Positions 18,156 through 28,363 of a stretch of DNA of 64,000 bases are shown piece by piece; position 1 is the first letter of the stretch, and every line of letters begins with the position of its first letter. The position numbers and the translations under genes were made by a program. The stretch lies in assembly GCA_050253075.1 (NCBI GenBank), contig JBFWJS010000003.1, positions 117,458 through 181,457 on the forward strand, in the 5' to 3' direction. The stretch is from Deferribacterales bacterium. Its GTDB lineage: Bacteria > Chrysiogenota > Deferribacteres > Deferribacterales > Geovibrionaceae. The notes under the pieces are model-generated. The model saw nothing but the letters and a program-made list of their open reading frames with translations, ran no database searches and was not told the origin of the DNA.

Positions 18156-20025
18156 TGTCTATGAGAGATACGAAGACATCTTCCATGGATGGGAGTATCT
18201 CGCTTATGGTGTAATTATCTTTTCCGCTCATATATTCTTTTATCTTGTTTCTGACTTTCTCCGGCTCTGCCGTGCGGACGTGTATGCCCGCTCCGAAGAG
18301 TGCGGCGTTGTTTACACCGTCCAGCTCGGATATACCGCCGAGGAGCGTCTGAGGTTTTGGTGTTTTCAGCTCTATTATACTCCCTGACATGGAGTTCTTC
18401 TTCAGCTCCGAAGGTGTCCCTTCGGCTATCATATTCCCTCTGAATATCATAGAAAGCCTGTCGCAGTACTCGGCTTCCTCCATATAGTGCGTACTGACGA
18501 AAACTGTCACGCCGTTAGAGGCAAGGCCGGATATAATATCCCAGAAAAGCCTTCTGCTGGCTGGGTCTGCACCGCTGGTGGGTTCGTCGAGGAATACTAC
18601 GGGCGGACTGTGCAGTATGGCACACGCTAGTGCCAGTCTCTGTCTCCATCCTCCGGTCAGGTTCGATGTCATAGCGTTCTTTCTGTCTGTCAGGTCGGAG
18701 AGCTCCAGTGCCCAGTCACGTCTGTCTTTCAGCTTTTTACCGCTGAGACCGTATATGCGCCCGTAGAACTCTATATTTTCATAGACCTTCAGGTCTTCAT
18801 AAAGAGAGAACTTCTGGCTCATATATCCGATATTCTGCTTTATCATCTCGGGCTGTTTTACGATGTCGAATCCTGCGACTGTCCCGCCGCCTCCGCTGGG
18901 GCTGAGCAGACCGCAGAGCATGCGTATTGTCGTACTCTTACCTGCGCCGTTCGGACCGAGGAATCCGTATATCTCGCCGTATTTTACATTCAGGTTTATA
19001 GCATTTACGGCTGTGAAAGAGCCGAACTGCTTTGTAAGGTTTTCTATGGTGACAGAGCTGCCCGAGTGCTTTTCTATCCCTTCGCTGACGAGGCTTAGCA
19101 GGTCTTCGTCCTTTTTATCCGCCTCCAGAGACATGAAGACATCCTCAAGGTTAGGCATGTCAGAGTCTGTCTGCACCTTAGGAAATTTGTCTTTCAGCTT
19201 TGGTATTATGCCGTCTTCGCTCATGGATGCTATGCGTATCTGCTCGCCGAAGAGGTGCACTTTATGCTCGGGGAACATCGTCTTTATGGGAGCTATCAGT
19301 GATTTATTATCTTGTGACTTTACTGTTGTGATGTATATCCCGCTGTTTTTCAGTATGTTTGCGGGGGTGCCGTTTGCGGCAACTTTGCCTTTGTTCATAA
19401 GTGCAGCGTGGGAGCATCTCTCCGCCTCGTCCAGATATGCGGTGGATACCAGTATGGTAACGCCGTCTGATGCGAGGTCGTAAAGTATACGCCAGAAATC
19501 ACGCCTGCTGACAGGGTCTACACCGTTGGTCGGCTCGTCCAGAAGGAGTACTTTTGGTTTATGAATGAGCGCACATACGAGCTGTAGTTTCTGCTTCATC
19601 CCTCCTGAGAGGTTGCCCGCACGTCTGTCTTTGAAAGGTCGCATATAGCTGAAATCGAGGAGTTCGTCTATGTGGGCTTCCAGTCCGCTTGTTTCTACGC
19701 CGTAAAGCTCTGCATACAGCTTAACGTTTTCATAAACGGTGAGGTCCTGATACAGCCCGAACTTCTGGCTCATATATGCGATGTCGTTCTTGACCGTGTC
19801 CGGTGCTGTTATGCAGCTGTTGCCGTGAATGAAGGCTTCACCGCTGTCTGGGTAAAGCAGACCGGCAAGTATCCTCATGAGAGTGGTCTTGCCTGCTCCG
19901 TCCGGTCCTATCAGTCCGTAGATGTCGCCTTTCTCCACGCTGATATTTACGTCTATCAGTGCTTTCTGACCGCTGAACTCTTTATTTATGTCGATTGCCG
20001 AAATGGCGAATCTGTCGCTTTTCAT
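18133..20025 (-). CDS. Double-domain ABC ATPase (YbhF-like)
   Basis: Two Walker A motifs (GPDGAGKT, GPNGAGKS), two signature motifs and two LDEPT motifs. Confidence 0.92.
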   Translation of the reverse strand: MKSDRFAISAIDINKEFSGQKALIDVNISVEKGDIYGLIGPDGAGKTTLMRILAGLLYPDSGEAFIHGNSCITAPDTVKNDIAYMSQKFGLYQDLTVYENVKLYAELYGVETSGLEAHIDELLDFSYMRPFKDRRAGNLSGGMKQKLQLVCALIHKPKVLLLDEPTNGVDPVSRRDFWRILYDLASDGVTILVSTAYLDEAERCSHAALMNKGKVAANGTPANILKNSGIYITTVKSQDNKSLIAPIKTMFPEHKVHLFGEQIRIASMSEDGIIPKLKDKFPKVQTDSDMPNLEDVFMSLEADKKDEDLLSLVSEGIEKHSGSSVTIENLTKQFGSFTAVNAINLNVKYGEIYGFLGPNGAGKSTTIRMLCGLLSPSGGGGTVAGFDIVKQPEMIKQNIGYMSQKFSLYEDLKVYENIEFYGRIYGLSGKKLKDRRDWALELSDLTDRKNAMTSNLTGGWRQRLALACAILHSPPVVFLDEPTSGADPASRRLFWDIISGLASNGVTVFVSTHYMEEAEYCDRLSMIFRGNMIAEGTPSELKKNSMSGSIIELKTPKPQTLLGGISELDGVNNAALFGAGIHVRTAEPEKVRNKIKEYMSGKDNYTISEILPSMEDVFVSLIDSADGKDE

Positions 20026-21053
20026 CAGTTTTCCAGTACTATCCTGCCTTCCACCGGCATGCCGTATTTCAGCTCTTTGGATGTGTTGTCCACTGTTACT
20101 TTTATCATATACATGAAGTTTATGCGCTCGTCGTATGTCTGCACCGTCTTCGGTGTGAACTCCGCCTCAGATGATATGTATGATACTTTGCCTATATATT
20201 CCTTATCAGGGTATGAGTCGGATTTTATGATAACCTTCTGCCCCAGCTTAACCTTGCCGAGGTAGTCTTCGCTTACATATCCTCTGATCCACATATCTGT
20301 CAGGTCAGCAACGGTTAGCACTGTATTTCCCGTCTGGATGAATTCGCCGTTTTCGGCTGAACGGGTTAGTACCACGCCGTTTATAGGGGAATGCAGCTTT
20401 GTATAAACCAGCTTTTGCTTTGCTTGTTCTAATGTCTGTTCATATATTGATACGTTGGCTTTCGCTTTTTCTATCTCTTCACTGCGTGCGCCTTCCACAG
20501 CCAGAGAAAGTGTTTCTGCGGCCTTAGCTTTCGCCGCTGTTGCTTCCTTGTATGCCTGCTGGGCTGTCTCGTATGCTGTTTCGTAGAGCTCATATGTGCG
20601 CTTGCTGACGCCGTTTGATTCGTAGAGTGCTTTGAAGCGTTCGTTATCAGATTTCGCCTGTGAAAGGGACGCCTCAGCCTTTTTTACACCTGCATCTGCC
20701 ATGTCGAGGGCTGCTTTGGCATTTCGTATCTCCTGCTTTCTGCTCCCTGCGAGCACTTCGGAAAGTGTCGCCTGAGCATAGCTGAGTCCTGCCTCTGCTG
20801 CGGACACGCCGAGCTTTTCATCTGCATCGTCCAGTGTCGCCACAAGGGCATCTTTCATAATTTCATCGCCTTCGTCGTATATTATGCCGTTTATCCTGCC
20901 TGATGTTTTGAAAGAGAGTCTGATGCTGGTGGTTTCTGCCGTACCGGTGAAGAGGTATGCTCCATCAGGGTGTGTGGTCTGTGTTCTTGTTGTTTTGATA
21001 AATACTGCCGCTATTATCAGTATCGGAATCAGTATAAGTGGTATCTTTTTCAT
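20025..21053 (-). CDS. HlyD-family membrane fusion protein (YbhG-like)
   Basis: N-terminal TM, coiled-coil, AEFTPKTVQT. Confidence 0.9.
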   Translation of the reverse strand: MKKIPLILIPILIIAAVFIKTTRTQTTHPDGAYLFTGTAETTSIRLSFKTSGRINGIIYDEGDEIMKDALVATLDDADEKLGVSAAEAGLSYAQATLSEVLAGSRKQEIRNAKAALDMADAGVKKAEASLSQAKSDNERFKALYESNGVSKRTYELYETAYETAQQAYKEATAAKAKAAETLSLAVEGARSEEIEKAKANVSIYEQTLEQAKQKLVYTKLHSPINGVVLTRSAENGEFIQTGNTVLTVADLTDMWIRGYVSEDYLGKVKLGQKVIIKSDSYPDKEYIGKVSYISSEAEFTPKTVQTYDERINFMYMIKVTVDNTSKELKYGMPVEGRIVLEN

Positions 21054-21055
21054 CG

Positions 21056-21688
21056 TTATCCCTTTTTATATCCTTTGAGGCCGTTGATGCTGAATTTGTA
21101 TATGTGCATTGCGTGTTTCTCTATGTCTTCCGTATTATCTTTGATAACAAAGCCTGCTCTGGCGAGAACTTCCCTTGCCAGTACAGGGTGCAGGCACTGC
21201 CCTGCTATGCTGGATATGAAGCGCATGAGCTGTTCGTGACCGATCTCTTCACCAATGACCTCTTTTATCGCCGAACCCATAATTTCCATCATTCTGCTGA
21301 TGTATCTTTCATAAAGGCTGTCCATAAGTTCGGACGAGTTTGTCATCTCTTTGGCTATGAGCTTTATTGCGTGTGGATTCTTCCCCACGCCGTCCTTGCC
21401 TAAAAGCCTGTACAGGAAGAGTCTTATGGTGTTTCTGAGCTTTTCTTCGGGCTCCATGCCGGGTGATACAAATTTCTCCGGTGGGTTTGCTATGAAGGCA
21501 TTATCCATTATTTCAATGGCTATTTCTGTATATAGATTCTGTTTGTTCTTGAAATGATAGTTAACAAGGGCTAAACTTACATTAGCTTTCTTGCATATAT
21601 CTCTGATGGTTGTCGATTTATACCCTTTGTCTCCAAAGAGAATGAGTGCGGCTGTCTTTATCCGCTCTCTAGGTTCTGATGTTTTCAC
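21056..21688 (-). CDS. TetR-family regulator (CecR/YbiH-like)
   Basis: N-terminal TetR HTH (TTIRDICKKANVSLALVNYHFKNK); heads the exporter operon. Confidence 0.9.
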   Translation of the reverse strand: MKTSEPRERIKTAALILFGDKGYKSTTIRDICKKANVSLALVNYHFKNKQNLYTEIAIEIMDNAFIANPPEKFVSPGMEPEEKLRNTIRLFLYRLLGKDGVGKNPHAIKLIAKEMTNSSELMDSLYERYISRMMEIMGSAIKEVIGEEIGHEQLMRFISSIAGQCLHPVLAREVLARAGFVIKDNTEDIEKHAMHIYKFSINGLKGYKKG

Positions 21689-21698
21689 CTGACACCTC

Positions 21699-21712
21699 TA
21701 AACAATTGTTTA
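21699..21712. promoter_or_regulatory. Putative TetR operator
   Basis: Perfect palindrome TAAACAATTGTTTA just upstream of the TetR RBS, with a degenerate second copy adjacent. Confidence 0.6.
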
Positions 21713-21769
21713 AAACAAATGTATAGTTATCTGATTAAAATAACAACCTTTATTTTGAGTATAGGTCAA

Positions 21770-22681
21770 CTATAGCTTTGTGACTCTGTTTTTACCGTCC
21801 AGCTTTGATCGGTACATGGCGGTGTCTGCTCTTTTTATCACCGAGCCTTCGGTATCGTTTTCTGTCACTACGGTGCATCCTACAGAGATGGTTACATACA
21901 GGTCTTCGCCTTCGTCGGTTTTTATCCAGCTCTTTTCGACGAATTGCCTGATGCGCTCGCCCACCTGTTCGGTGGTTTTACCCGTGAGGTTAGGGGAGAT
22001 GACGATGAATTCCTCTCCGCCCCATCTGCACGCCACATCCATTGCTCTCAGTGTGCCTGTGATGCTTTTGGCTACCATCTTAAGCACCTTGTCTCCCGTG
22101 TCGTGTCCGTAGGTGTCGTTTATCCTTTTAAAGTCGTCGATGTCTATGAAAAATATAGAGAAAGGTATACCGACCTCAGTCCATTCGCTGAGGCGTCTTT
22201 CCATTGATATGCTTGCGTATTTACGGTTTCCGATATTAGTCAGAGAGTCAGTGTAGACCTCTTCTTTCAGCTTTTCCAGCTCGCAGATGAGCTCTCCGTG
22301 TGTGTTGGTGGATAGATCGTGGAACATCTCGACAGCACCGACTATCCTTCCGTCGTCGCCTGTGATGGGGGCTACACGGGTGAATACGTGCAGTCTGTGT
22401 CCGTCCTTATGGTGCAGATAGATTGACTTTTCCTTTGTGTCGCCGTTTTTTACGGCGTCGTTAAGAGGGCAGGAGGTTATGCAGAGCTCATTGCCTTCTT
22501 CGTCTATGTGTCTCAGCAGGTTATCCGCACAGCTCTTTCCCATTACCTCTTCTTTTGTATAGCCGGTAATGTTCTCTGCTGCTTTGTTCCAGTATGTTAT
22601 ACTGCGGTCTTTATCGACATAGTATATCCCTTCTGACAGATTCTCTAAAATGCTCTGATAAAGCTTTTCTGACACAATCAT
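21770..22681 (-). CDS. PAS-GGDEF diguanylate cyclase
   Basis: PAS (YWNKAAENITGY); RAMD I-site; RWGGEEF. Confidence 0.9.
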   Translation of the reverse strand: MIVSEKLYQSILENLSEGIYYVDKDRSITYWNKAAENITGYTKEEVMGKSCADNLLRHIDEEGNELCITSCPLNDAVKNGDTKEKSIYLHHKDGHRLHVFTRVAPITGDDGRIVGAVEMFHDLSTNTHGELICELEKLKEEVYTDSLTNIGNRKYASISMERRLSEWTEVGIPFSIFFIDIDDFKRINDTYGHDTGDKVLKMVAKSITGTLRAMDVACRWGGEEFIVISPNLTGKTTEQVGERIRQFVEKSWIKTDEGEDLYVTISVGCTVVTENDTEGSVIKRADTAMYRSKLDGKNRVTKL

Positions 22682-22911
22682 ATTCCTACACCTTGTTTTT
22701 ATATAATAAATATATCATAAAGTTTTTAAATTTAAAGTGTATTAATTTGGTCTTATTACCAGATAAATTTTATTTCTATTCTAAATATATGATAATAATA
22801 AATTAAATATTTCAAAATTGTTGTTGTGTAAACTTTCGCTATGGGCAGTTTCGGAATGTATATTTATTGCTACCCTCAGACATCTGTACTATAATTAGCG
22901 AATAAACACTT

Positions 22912-24771
22912 ATGGAAATTATTATGCTGCAAAAGCTTAGAGCTTCGACCTGTTACTTTTTGCTTATAACGGTTTTCTTCCTGTCTTTGACATTCGGCGC
23001 TTTTGCTTATCCCGTAAAGGTGAGCAACAACAAGGTCAGCTTTAATCTGGGCACCTCTGTCGAGTATTACGAGGACACATCATCCACGCTTACCCTCAAG
23101 GACATCATAGACCTTGATAACGATAATAAATTCAGCACAACAACAAAGCTCCCTTTGAACTTCGGCTATTCTTCCAGCACATACTGGCTTTCATTCTCCG
23201 TGCTTGGTGATACTGATTCTGAGTCGGGCTGGGTGCTGGATGTGCCTTATGCACCGCTGGACTATGTGAAGCTCTATGTGCCGAATGTAAACGGCGAATA
23301 CACAGAGCTGGTCAGCGGGGATAAGATACCTTTCTCAAAGCGTCAGATAGAGTATCGCAACGCTGTATTCATTCTGGGCGATACGCTTCTGCCGTATCAG
23401 CAGTATTACATCAAAGTATCATCCGACGGTGCGATAAACCTGCCGCTGTTCCTCTGGACGGGTGCAGGCTTCACAGAGCATGTTAATGTAGTGCAGACAG
23501 GCCTGGGCATTTATCTGGGCATTATGTTTGCGCTCTTTTTATATAATATATTTCTCTATTTCTATGTTAAGGATAAGGATTTCCTACTTTGCGCTTTTAT
23601 AACCCTCAGCTACTCGCTGGTGCATGCCGCTTATAACGGGATGGCGTCGCAGTTCCTCTGGCCGGATCTCATCTGGTGGGCGAATAACTGCCTCGTTTTC
23701 TTTGCTATATTCATTTTCCTTTCCATTGCAGTGTTTACAAACTCATTCCTCAACCTGAAAGAGACATTCCCTACGGGGAATAAGATAATGAATGGCTTCA
23801 CATTGTATTACTGCCTGCTTTACGTGCTTTATGCCGTGATAGGCTACAGATACGCAAGTGTTGCAACGGCGGTGCCTAGTATCATAATGCTGTTCATTGT
23901 CTTTATGACTGTTCTGATAGTCTACAGCAGGGGATATAAGGCGGCACGCTTCCTTATGCTTGCTTGGTTTTTCTTTATCTTCGGCATGGTTCTCCTTCTG
24001 CTGAAACTGCTAGGTTTCCTTCCGCCGGTATTCATTACGGAGTACTCTGTGCAGATAGGCTTTATACTGAATGCTATGCTCCTTTCATTCGCACTTACAG
24101 ACAGGGTGAACCTGCTGCGTAAAGAGAAAGAGGCGGCACAGCACGAGGCCATGAACCACCTGAAAGCGTCCGAACAGGCGAAGACTAGATTTATCGAGGA
24201 TACCGAAAAGCTGGTCGAAGAGCGTACGAAAGAGCTTGAGCTTGCTAATACGCGTCTTGTGGAGCTGGCATCCGTGGATGTCCTCACGGGGATATTCAAC
24301 AGGCGTGTTTTCAATGAAACACTTGAGAGGGAATTCAGCCGTGCGAAAAGGCAGGGGCAGGAGCTCTCGATAATATTAATAGATATTGATTATTTTAAAA
24401 ATTATAATGACTATTACGGGCATATAGACGGTGATTCGTGTTTGGCAGAGCTTGCGGATATTTTCAAAAAGACCATAAACAGAGCCACAGACACGGTAGC
24501 CAGATACGGCGGTGAGGAATTCGCCGTGATACTCTGCGATACAAAGCTCGACGGTGCGGTCAAGATCGCCGAAGATATAAGGGAAGCAGTGGTCTCCGCA
24601 TGTATACCTCATAAGATGTCGCCTCTGGGGCATCTGACCATCAGCTGCGGCGTTGCGAGCACTATCCCTGCTATGAACGACAAGCTCGAAGACTTTATAT
24701 CAAAAGCAGACAGAGCCCTCTATCGCTCTAAGAAAGAGGGACGTAATATGGTCTCCGTCAGCAGTTTTTAG
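22912..24771 (+). CDS. 7TMR-DISM sensor diguanylate cyclase
   Basis: NFGYSSSTYWL DISMED2-type domain; 7 TM; RATD...RYGGEEF. Confidence 0.9.
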   Translation: MEIIMLQKLRASTCYFLLITVFFLSLTFGAFAYPVKVSNNKVSFNLGTSVEYYEDTSSTLTLKDIIDLDNDNKFSTTTKLPLNFGYSSSTYWLSFSVLGDTDSESGWVLDVPYAPLDYVKLYVPNVNGEYTELVSGDKIPFSKRQIEYRNAVFILGDTLLPYQQYYIKVSSDGAINLPLFLWTGAGFTEHVNVVQTGLGIYLGIMFALFLYNIFLYFYVKDKDFLLCAFITLSYSLVHAAYNGMASQFLWPDLIWWANNCLVFFAIFIFLSIAVFTNSFLNLKETFPTGNKIMNGFTLYYCLLYVLYAVIGYRYASVATAVPSIIMLFIVFMTVLIVYSRGYKAARFLMLAWFFFIFGMVLLLLKLLGFLPPVFITEYSVQIGFILNAMLLSFALTDRVNLLRKEKEAAQHEAMNHLKASEQAKTRFIEDTEKLVEERTKELELANTRLVELASVDVLTGIFNRRVFNETLEREFSRAKRQGQELSIILIDIDYFKNYNDYYGHIDGDSCLAELADIFKKTINRATDTVARYGGEEFAVILCDTKLDGAVKIAEDIREAVVSACIPHKMSPLGHLTISCGVASTIPAMNDKLEDFISKADRALYRSKKEGRNMVSVSSF

Positions 24772-25541
24772 TGTAGAAACATCTCGTAAAGAGTAAGGAA
24801 TATCTCCACCACGATCAGTATCACAATGTACCATTCCACACGCAGAGAGTGAGACTTGTTTATCAGCTCGAGCTGTGTTTCTGCTGTGAGCGATATCAGC
24901 TCCAGCTTTTTCTGCAGGGCGGAGTTACGCTCGGCTATCTCAAATTCATCTTCCAGTTTCAGATAGAATTTCTCAAGCTCGGGGTGCTCCCAGAGTGTTT
25001 CAGGCTTTTCATTCACCTCGACCCTTCCCACCAGCATCTGCTGTATGAGCAGTGTCGCACCTATCCTGTGTATGAGCTCTTTAGAGCGTATCTTCTGTTT
25101 ATATCCCTTCATCAGCCTGCGGGCGAGTGGCTCTATCTCTGTGAAGACAGCCGCCATAGCAGCCTCGTATCTCTCGAGCATAACGCTCTTGGCCAGTATG
25201 TCCGCCATGACGAGTACATTGTCCTTTGTCAGCTCCTGCAGCATGATCTTTTCGCCGTCTATGGCATCTTCGTGATGCCCAAGTTTTATCTGTATGCTCT
25301 CTGCCATGTGCTGTATAGGAGTTTCCAGGTGTGGTTCTATCTCTTTCAGAATGTCCTGAAACTCTTTTTCATTGAGCCCTATGGTGACGATAACTCCGAA
25401 TCGGAAAGTGACTATCCACTGGTTTTCCCCCAGTTGAAAGCTGGACGGCAGATATGACATCCTCTGGCCTAGCTCGAGCTTTTTGGTAAGGATCTTTTCG
25501 CTGATACAAGTTGCTGTCATTGACAGATACATATGACTCAC
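24768..25541 (-). CDS. RMD1 (DUF155) family protein
   Basis: FRFGVIV, LAKSVML, KPETLWEHPELE, C-terminal RVEWYIVILIVVEI. Confidence 0.85.
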   Translation of the reverse strand: MSHMYLSMTATCISEKILTKKLELGQRMSYLPSSFQLGENQWIVTFRFGVIVTIGLNEKEFQDILKEIEPHLETPIQHMAESIQIKLGHHEDAIDGEKIMLQELTKDNVLVMADILAKSVMLERYEAAMAAVFTEIEPLARRLMKGYKQKIRSKELIHRIGATLLIQQMLVGRVEVNEKPETLWEHPELEKFYLKLEDEFEIAERNSALQKKLELISLTAETQLELINKSHSLRVEWYIVILIVVEIFLTLYEMFLH

Positions 25542-25597
25542 CTCAGTGTAGGACAGCTTAATGATAATACTTTTATTATAGAATACAATGGGATTTA

Positions 25598-25894
25598 TTA
25601 GGCAAGAATATCTATATTGTCACCAATGGAGCTTAAAAGGGATTTGTCTTTGTTTTCGGACTCATTTTCTGATTCTGTTTTTATGCCTTTTTTTTCGGCT
25701 TTATATTCATCTTCTTCTTTTTTGCTTATCCTGCCGTCGCCATCCTGATCATATTTGTCATATTCGCTCTTACTCACTCTATTATAGGCGATACTGTATG
25801 TGGTTGCGGTTTTTTCGCCGGATTCGTTTTTTTCATTTCCTCCCGCATGGGGGAAACCGGAATAGGACGACGGGGTAACATCTGATATATTCAT
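25598..25894 (-). CDS. Small EF-hand-like protein, putatively sigma28-dependent
   Basis: DQDGDGRISKKE loop; GAGG RBS; C-terminal GDNIDILA. Confidence 0.7.
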   Translation of the reverse strand: MNISDVTPSSYSGFPHAGGNEKNESGEKTATTYSIAYNRVSKSEYDKYDQDGDGRISKKEEDEYKAEKKGIKTESENESENKDKSLLSSIGDNIDILA

Positions 25895-25924
25895 GCAATA
25901 CCTCTTAGATGTCGGATATAGTAA

Positions 25925-25951
25925 ATATCGTATAAAACCGCTATTTCTTTA
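25925..25951 (-). promoter_or_regulatory. Putative sigma28 (FliA) promoter
   Basis: Minus strand TAAAG-N14-TACGATAT. Confidence 0.6.
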
Positions 25952-26007
25952 AATAATATTGAGGCTGATGTGTTCGTTAGGTTTTTTATTAAAAAGGATA
26001 ATTGAGC

Positions 26008-27858
26008 TTATTTAATATTTGAATCTTCGATGGAGTATCTTTGAAAATACGGCAGTGTGATCTGTATGACGGCTCCGTCCAGCTCGTTGTATGCGGATAT
26101 TTTTCCGTCCATCTGCTCTTCTATCAGCACTCTGGCTATGTGCAGTCCGAGCCCTGTTCCTTTCCCTTCATCCTTTGTGCTGAAGTATGGGTTGAAAACC
26201 TTATCCATCAGCTCGACGGGGAATCCGCCGCCGTTGTCGGATATTTTCAAAATGATTTCGTTCACGGTTTTTGTCATGACAAGGCTGATAACACCTTTGT
26301 CGGTCTCGCCCTTTGTTATCCTCTCGTTGATGGCATAGACAGAGTTCTGCAGCAGGCTGAGTATCACCTGTTTGAACTCCTTTCGGTATCCGTACAGGAG
26401 CGTCTGGTCATATTCGCAGTCGGGGAGAGCTATCACGTCGGACGATGTATGGGAGCCCTTTGAGCAGTCGCACATAAAAGTGAAGACTATGCCTCTTGCC
26501 TTCCAGTAGGAAGACATAATGTGCGATATCTCCGCCAGCTCTGTAAGCACCACGAAATACTGCTTGCTCTCGTCGGGTCTCATGGAGCTCTGGAAGTCGT
26601 CTATGATCTTAGACATGTGCATTATCATCTTCATAGAATCATCTGTAAATATGTTTATGTATTCATCTGTAAGCTCACCCTTTTGATAGGCGTCCTGTAC
26701 ATCCTGCACATACAGGCCTATGGCATTAAGAGGCTGACGCCAGTGGTGTGCTATGGCGCATAACATCTCGCCCATGTCGGCGAGCCTCTTCTGATGTGCT
26801 ATGTGAGCCTGCTGTTCGCTGTTTTTCTGAACCTCTTCCTCAACCTTCGCCTGAAGCAGCATGTTGTGCCCGTTTAGCGAGTCGTAGAGCAGCTTATGAT
26901 CTATCTCCAGCTCTTTGATGGATTTCATAAAGCCGAGCCTTGTGACCAGCATTATCATCACCACGAGGAAACCTCCGAGCATCAGAGTTTTCAGAAACTG
27001 TTTTTCCAGCAGTGAGTGTATCTTTGTATTATCAAAGAGGAAAACGAAGTGTCCGACCTCTTTGCCGTCCAGTCCGAAGATGGGGTACTGATCTCTGAAA
27101 TCGTAATATTTGTCTTCGAATTCAAAGTAGCCGTCATTGGCATTGCCGTAAAAAGACTTGTAGAATTCTTTGAATATTTCGCTGTTGTTATTAACCTCTA
27201 CGTATCTGTCTTTGATGATGGGGTGCTCCTCTATCAGCTCTTTCGGCATATGGTCTTTGTCTATCAGAACACTGCTCAGGACTCCCTGCATTCGGTAGAC
27301 TATATTCATGAAGAAGTTTGCGGATACGCCTATTTCAAAGGTTCCGAGGAACTTTCCGTGGTTGTAAAGCGGTGTCATCAGGCGATAGAAAAGCCCGTAT
27401 TTTCCCATTTCGAAAAAGAACATCTGATTATTCTCTTTCTCTTCCATGTTCATGGATTCTCTGTATTCTGCGAGGTTGTCGCCGAAATGATCAGGCTTAT
27501 GCAGACGCAGGAAAGACGTATTATCAGGCAGATGAAACTGCATGATAGTCTGTCCGTAGAAATGGTTTGATATGGATGTATAGTATTTCTGAGAGTGGTA
27601 AAAGGTCTTTTCACGCTCTCTCTTTTCAAAGCTCTCGAGTATCTCTCTGTCTTTGGCTATGTTTGCGGCGTAGGACTTAAGGCTGAAGGTGACGGTCTGC
27701 ATGAACTGGTTGTAATAGTTGTCGAGCACCTGCGTATTCTGCTCTTCGAAAACGGTGTGAACCTGACGGTTCTGATCATTTTCCATCAAAGCATATACCA
27801 AGAGGGTCGTCAGGGCTATCGACAGGATTATCAGAAAGGTCTTACTGTAAATAGACAT
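26008..27858 (-). CDS. Cache-domain sensor histidine kinase
   Basis: 2 TM; SFLRLHKPDHFGDNL Cache motif; H-box IAHHWRQPL; DNGGG and GTGLGL. Confidence 0.9.
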   Translation of the reverse strand: MSIYSKTFLIILSIALTTLLVYALMENDQNRQVHTVFEEQNTQVLDNYYNQFMQTVTFSLKSYAANIAKDREILESFEKREREKTFYHSQKYYTSISNHFYGQTIMQFHLPDNTSFLRLHKPDHFGDNLAEYRESMNMEEKENNQMFFFEMGKYGLFYRLMTPLYNHGKFLGTFEIGVSANFFMNIVYRMQGVLSSVLIDKDHMPKELIEEHPIIKDRYVEVNNNSEIFKEFYKSFYGNANDGYFEFEDKYYDFRDQYPIFGLDGKEVGHFVFLFDNTKIHSLLEKQFLKTLMLGGFLVVMIMLVTRLGFMKSIKELEIDHKLLYDSLNGHNMLLQAKVEEEVQKNSEQQAHIAHQKRLADMGEMLCAIAHHWRQPLNAIGLYVQDVQDAYQKGELTDEYINIFTDDSMKMIMHMSKIIDDFQSSMRPDESKQYFVVLTELAEISHIMSSYWKARGIVFTFMCDCSKGSHTSSDVIALPDCEYDQTLLYGYRKEFKQVILSLLQNSVYAINERITKGETDKGVISLVMTKTVNEIILKISDNGGGFPVELMDKVFNPYFSTKDEGKGTGLGLHIARVLIEEQMDGKISAYNELDGAVIQITLPYFQRYSIEDSNIK

Positions 27859-28105
27859 AATGTCCTTCGTGTATGCGCATATACATAATGTTTATCACCG
27901 CTTAAATATAGAATGATATATATAGCATTACAACAGGAAAATAAGCCCTAATGACTCCGCTGGTTTAAGGGATAAAGTAATGAAAGGTTAAATAGTAGAT
28001 ACTGATTAGTAGTTTAGGAAGAGAAGTGCCGATATCCGGTTTTAAAGTGTTTTATGTATGGTTAAAATATTTAAGTAATAAAACAGTGGAAAATGAGTAA
28101 TGAAA

Positions 28106-28179
28106 CGCCCCCGGCATGACTCGAACATGCGGCCTCTGGATTAGGAATCCATCGCTCTATCCTCCTGAGCTACGGGGGC
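28106..28179 (-). tRNA. tRNA-Arg(CCT)
   Basis: GCCCCCGTAGCTCAG...TGGA TTCCTAA TCCA...GTTCGAGTC; no encoded CCA. Confidence 0.95.
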
Positions 28180-28363
28180 GGCAAGGAAAAACTACTTACT
28201 TGTTCGGTTTTTGTCAAGATTATTCTTAAATTAGAATGTTTATCGTTACTTTGCTTGTAATAAATTTAAATTAGGAGTAAAAATATATTATATCAATTAT
28301 ACGCATTTATTTATTTTGTATTACACGAAGGCTTAACAATTATTGAGGGATTGATTTTCAGCT

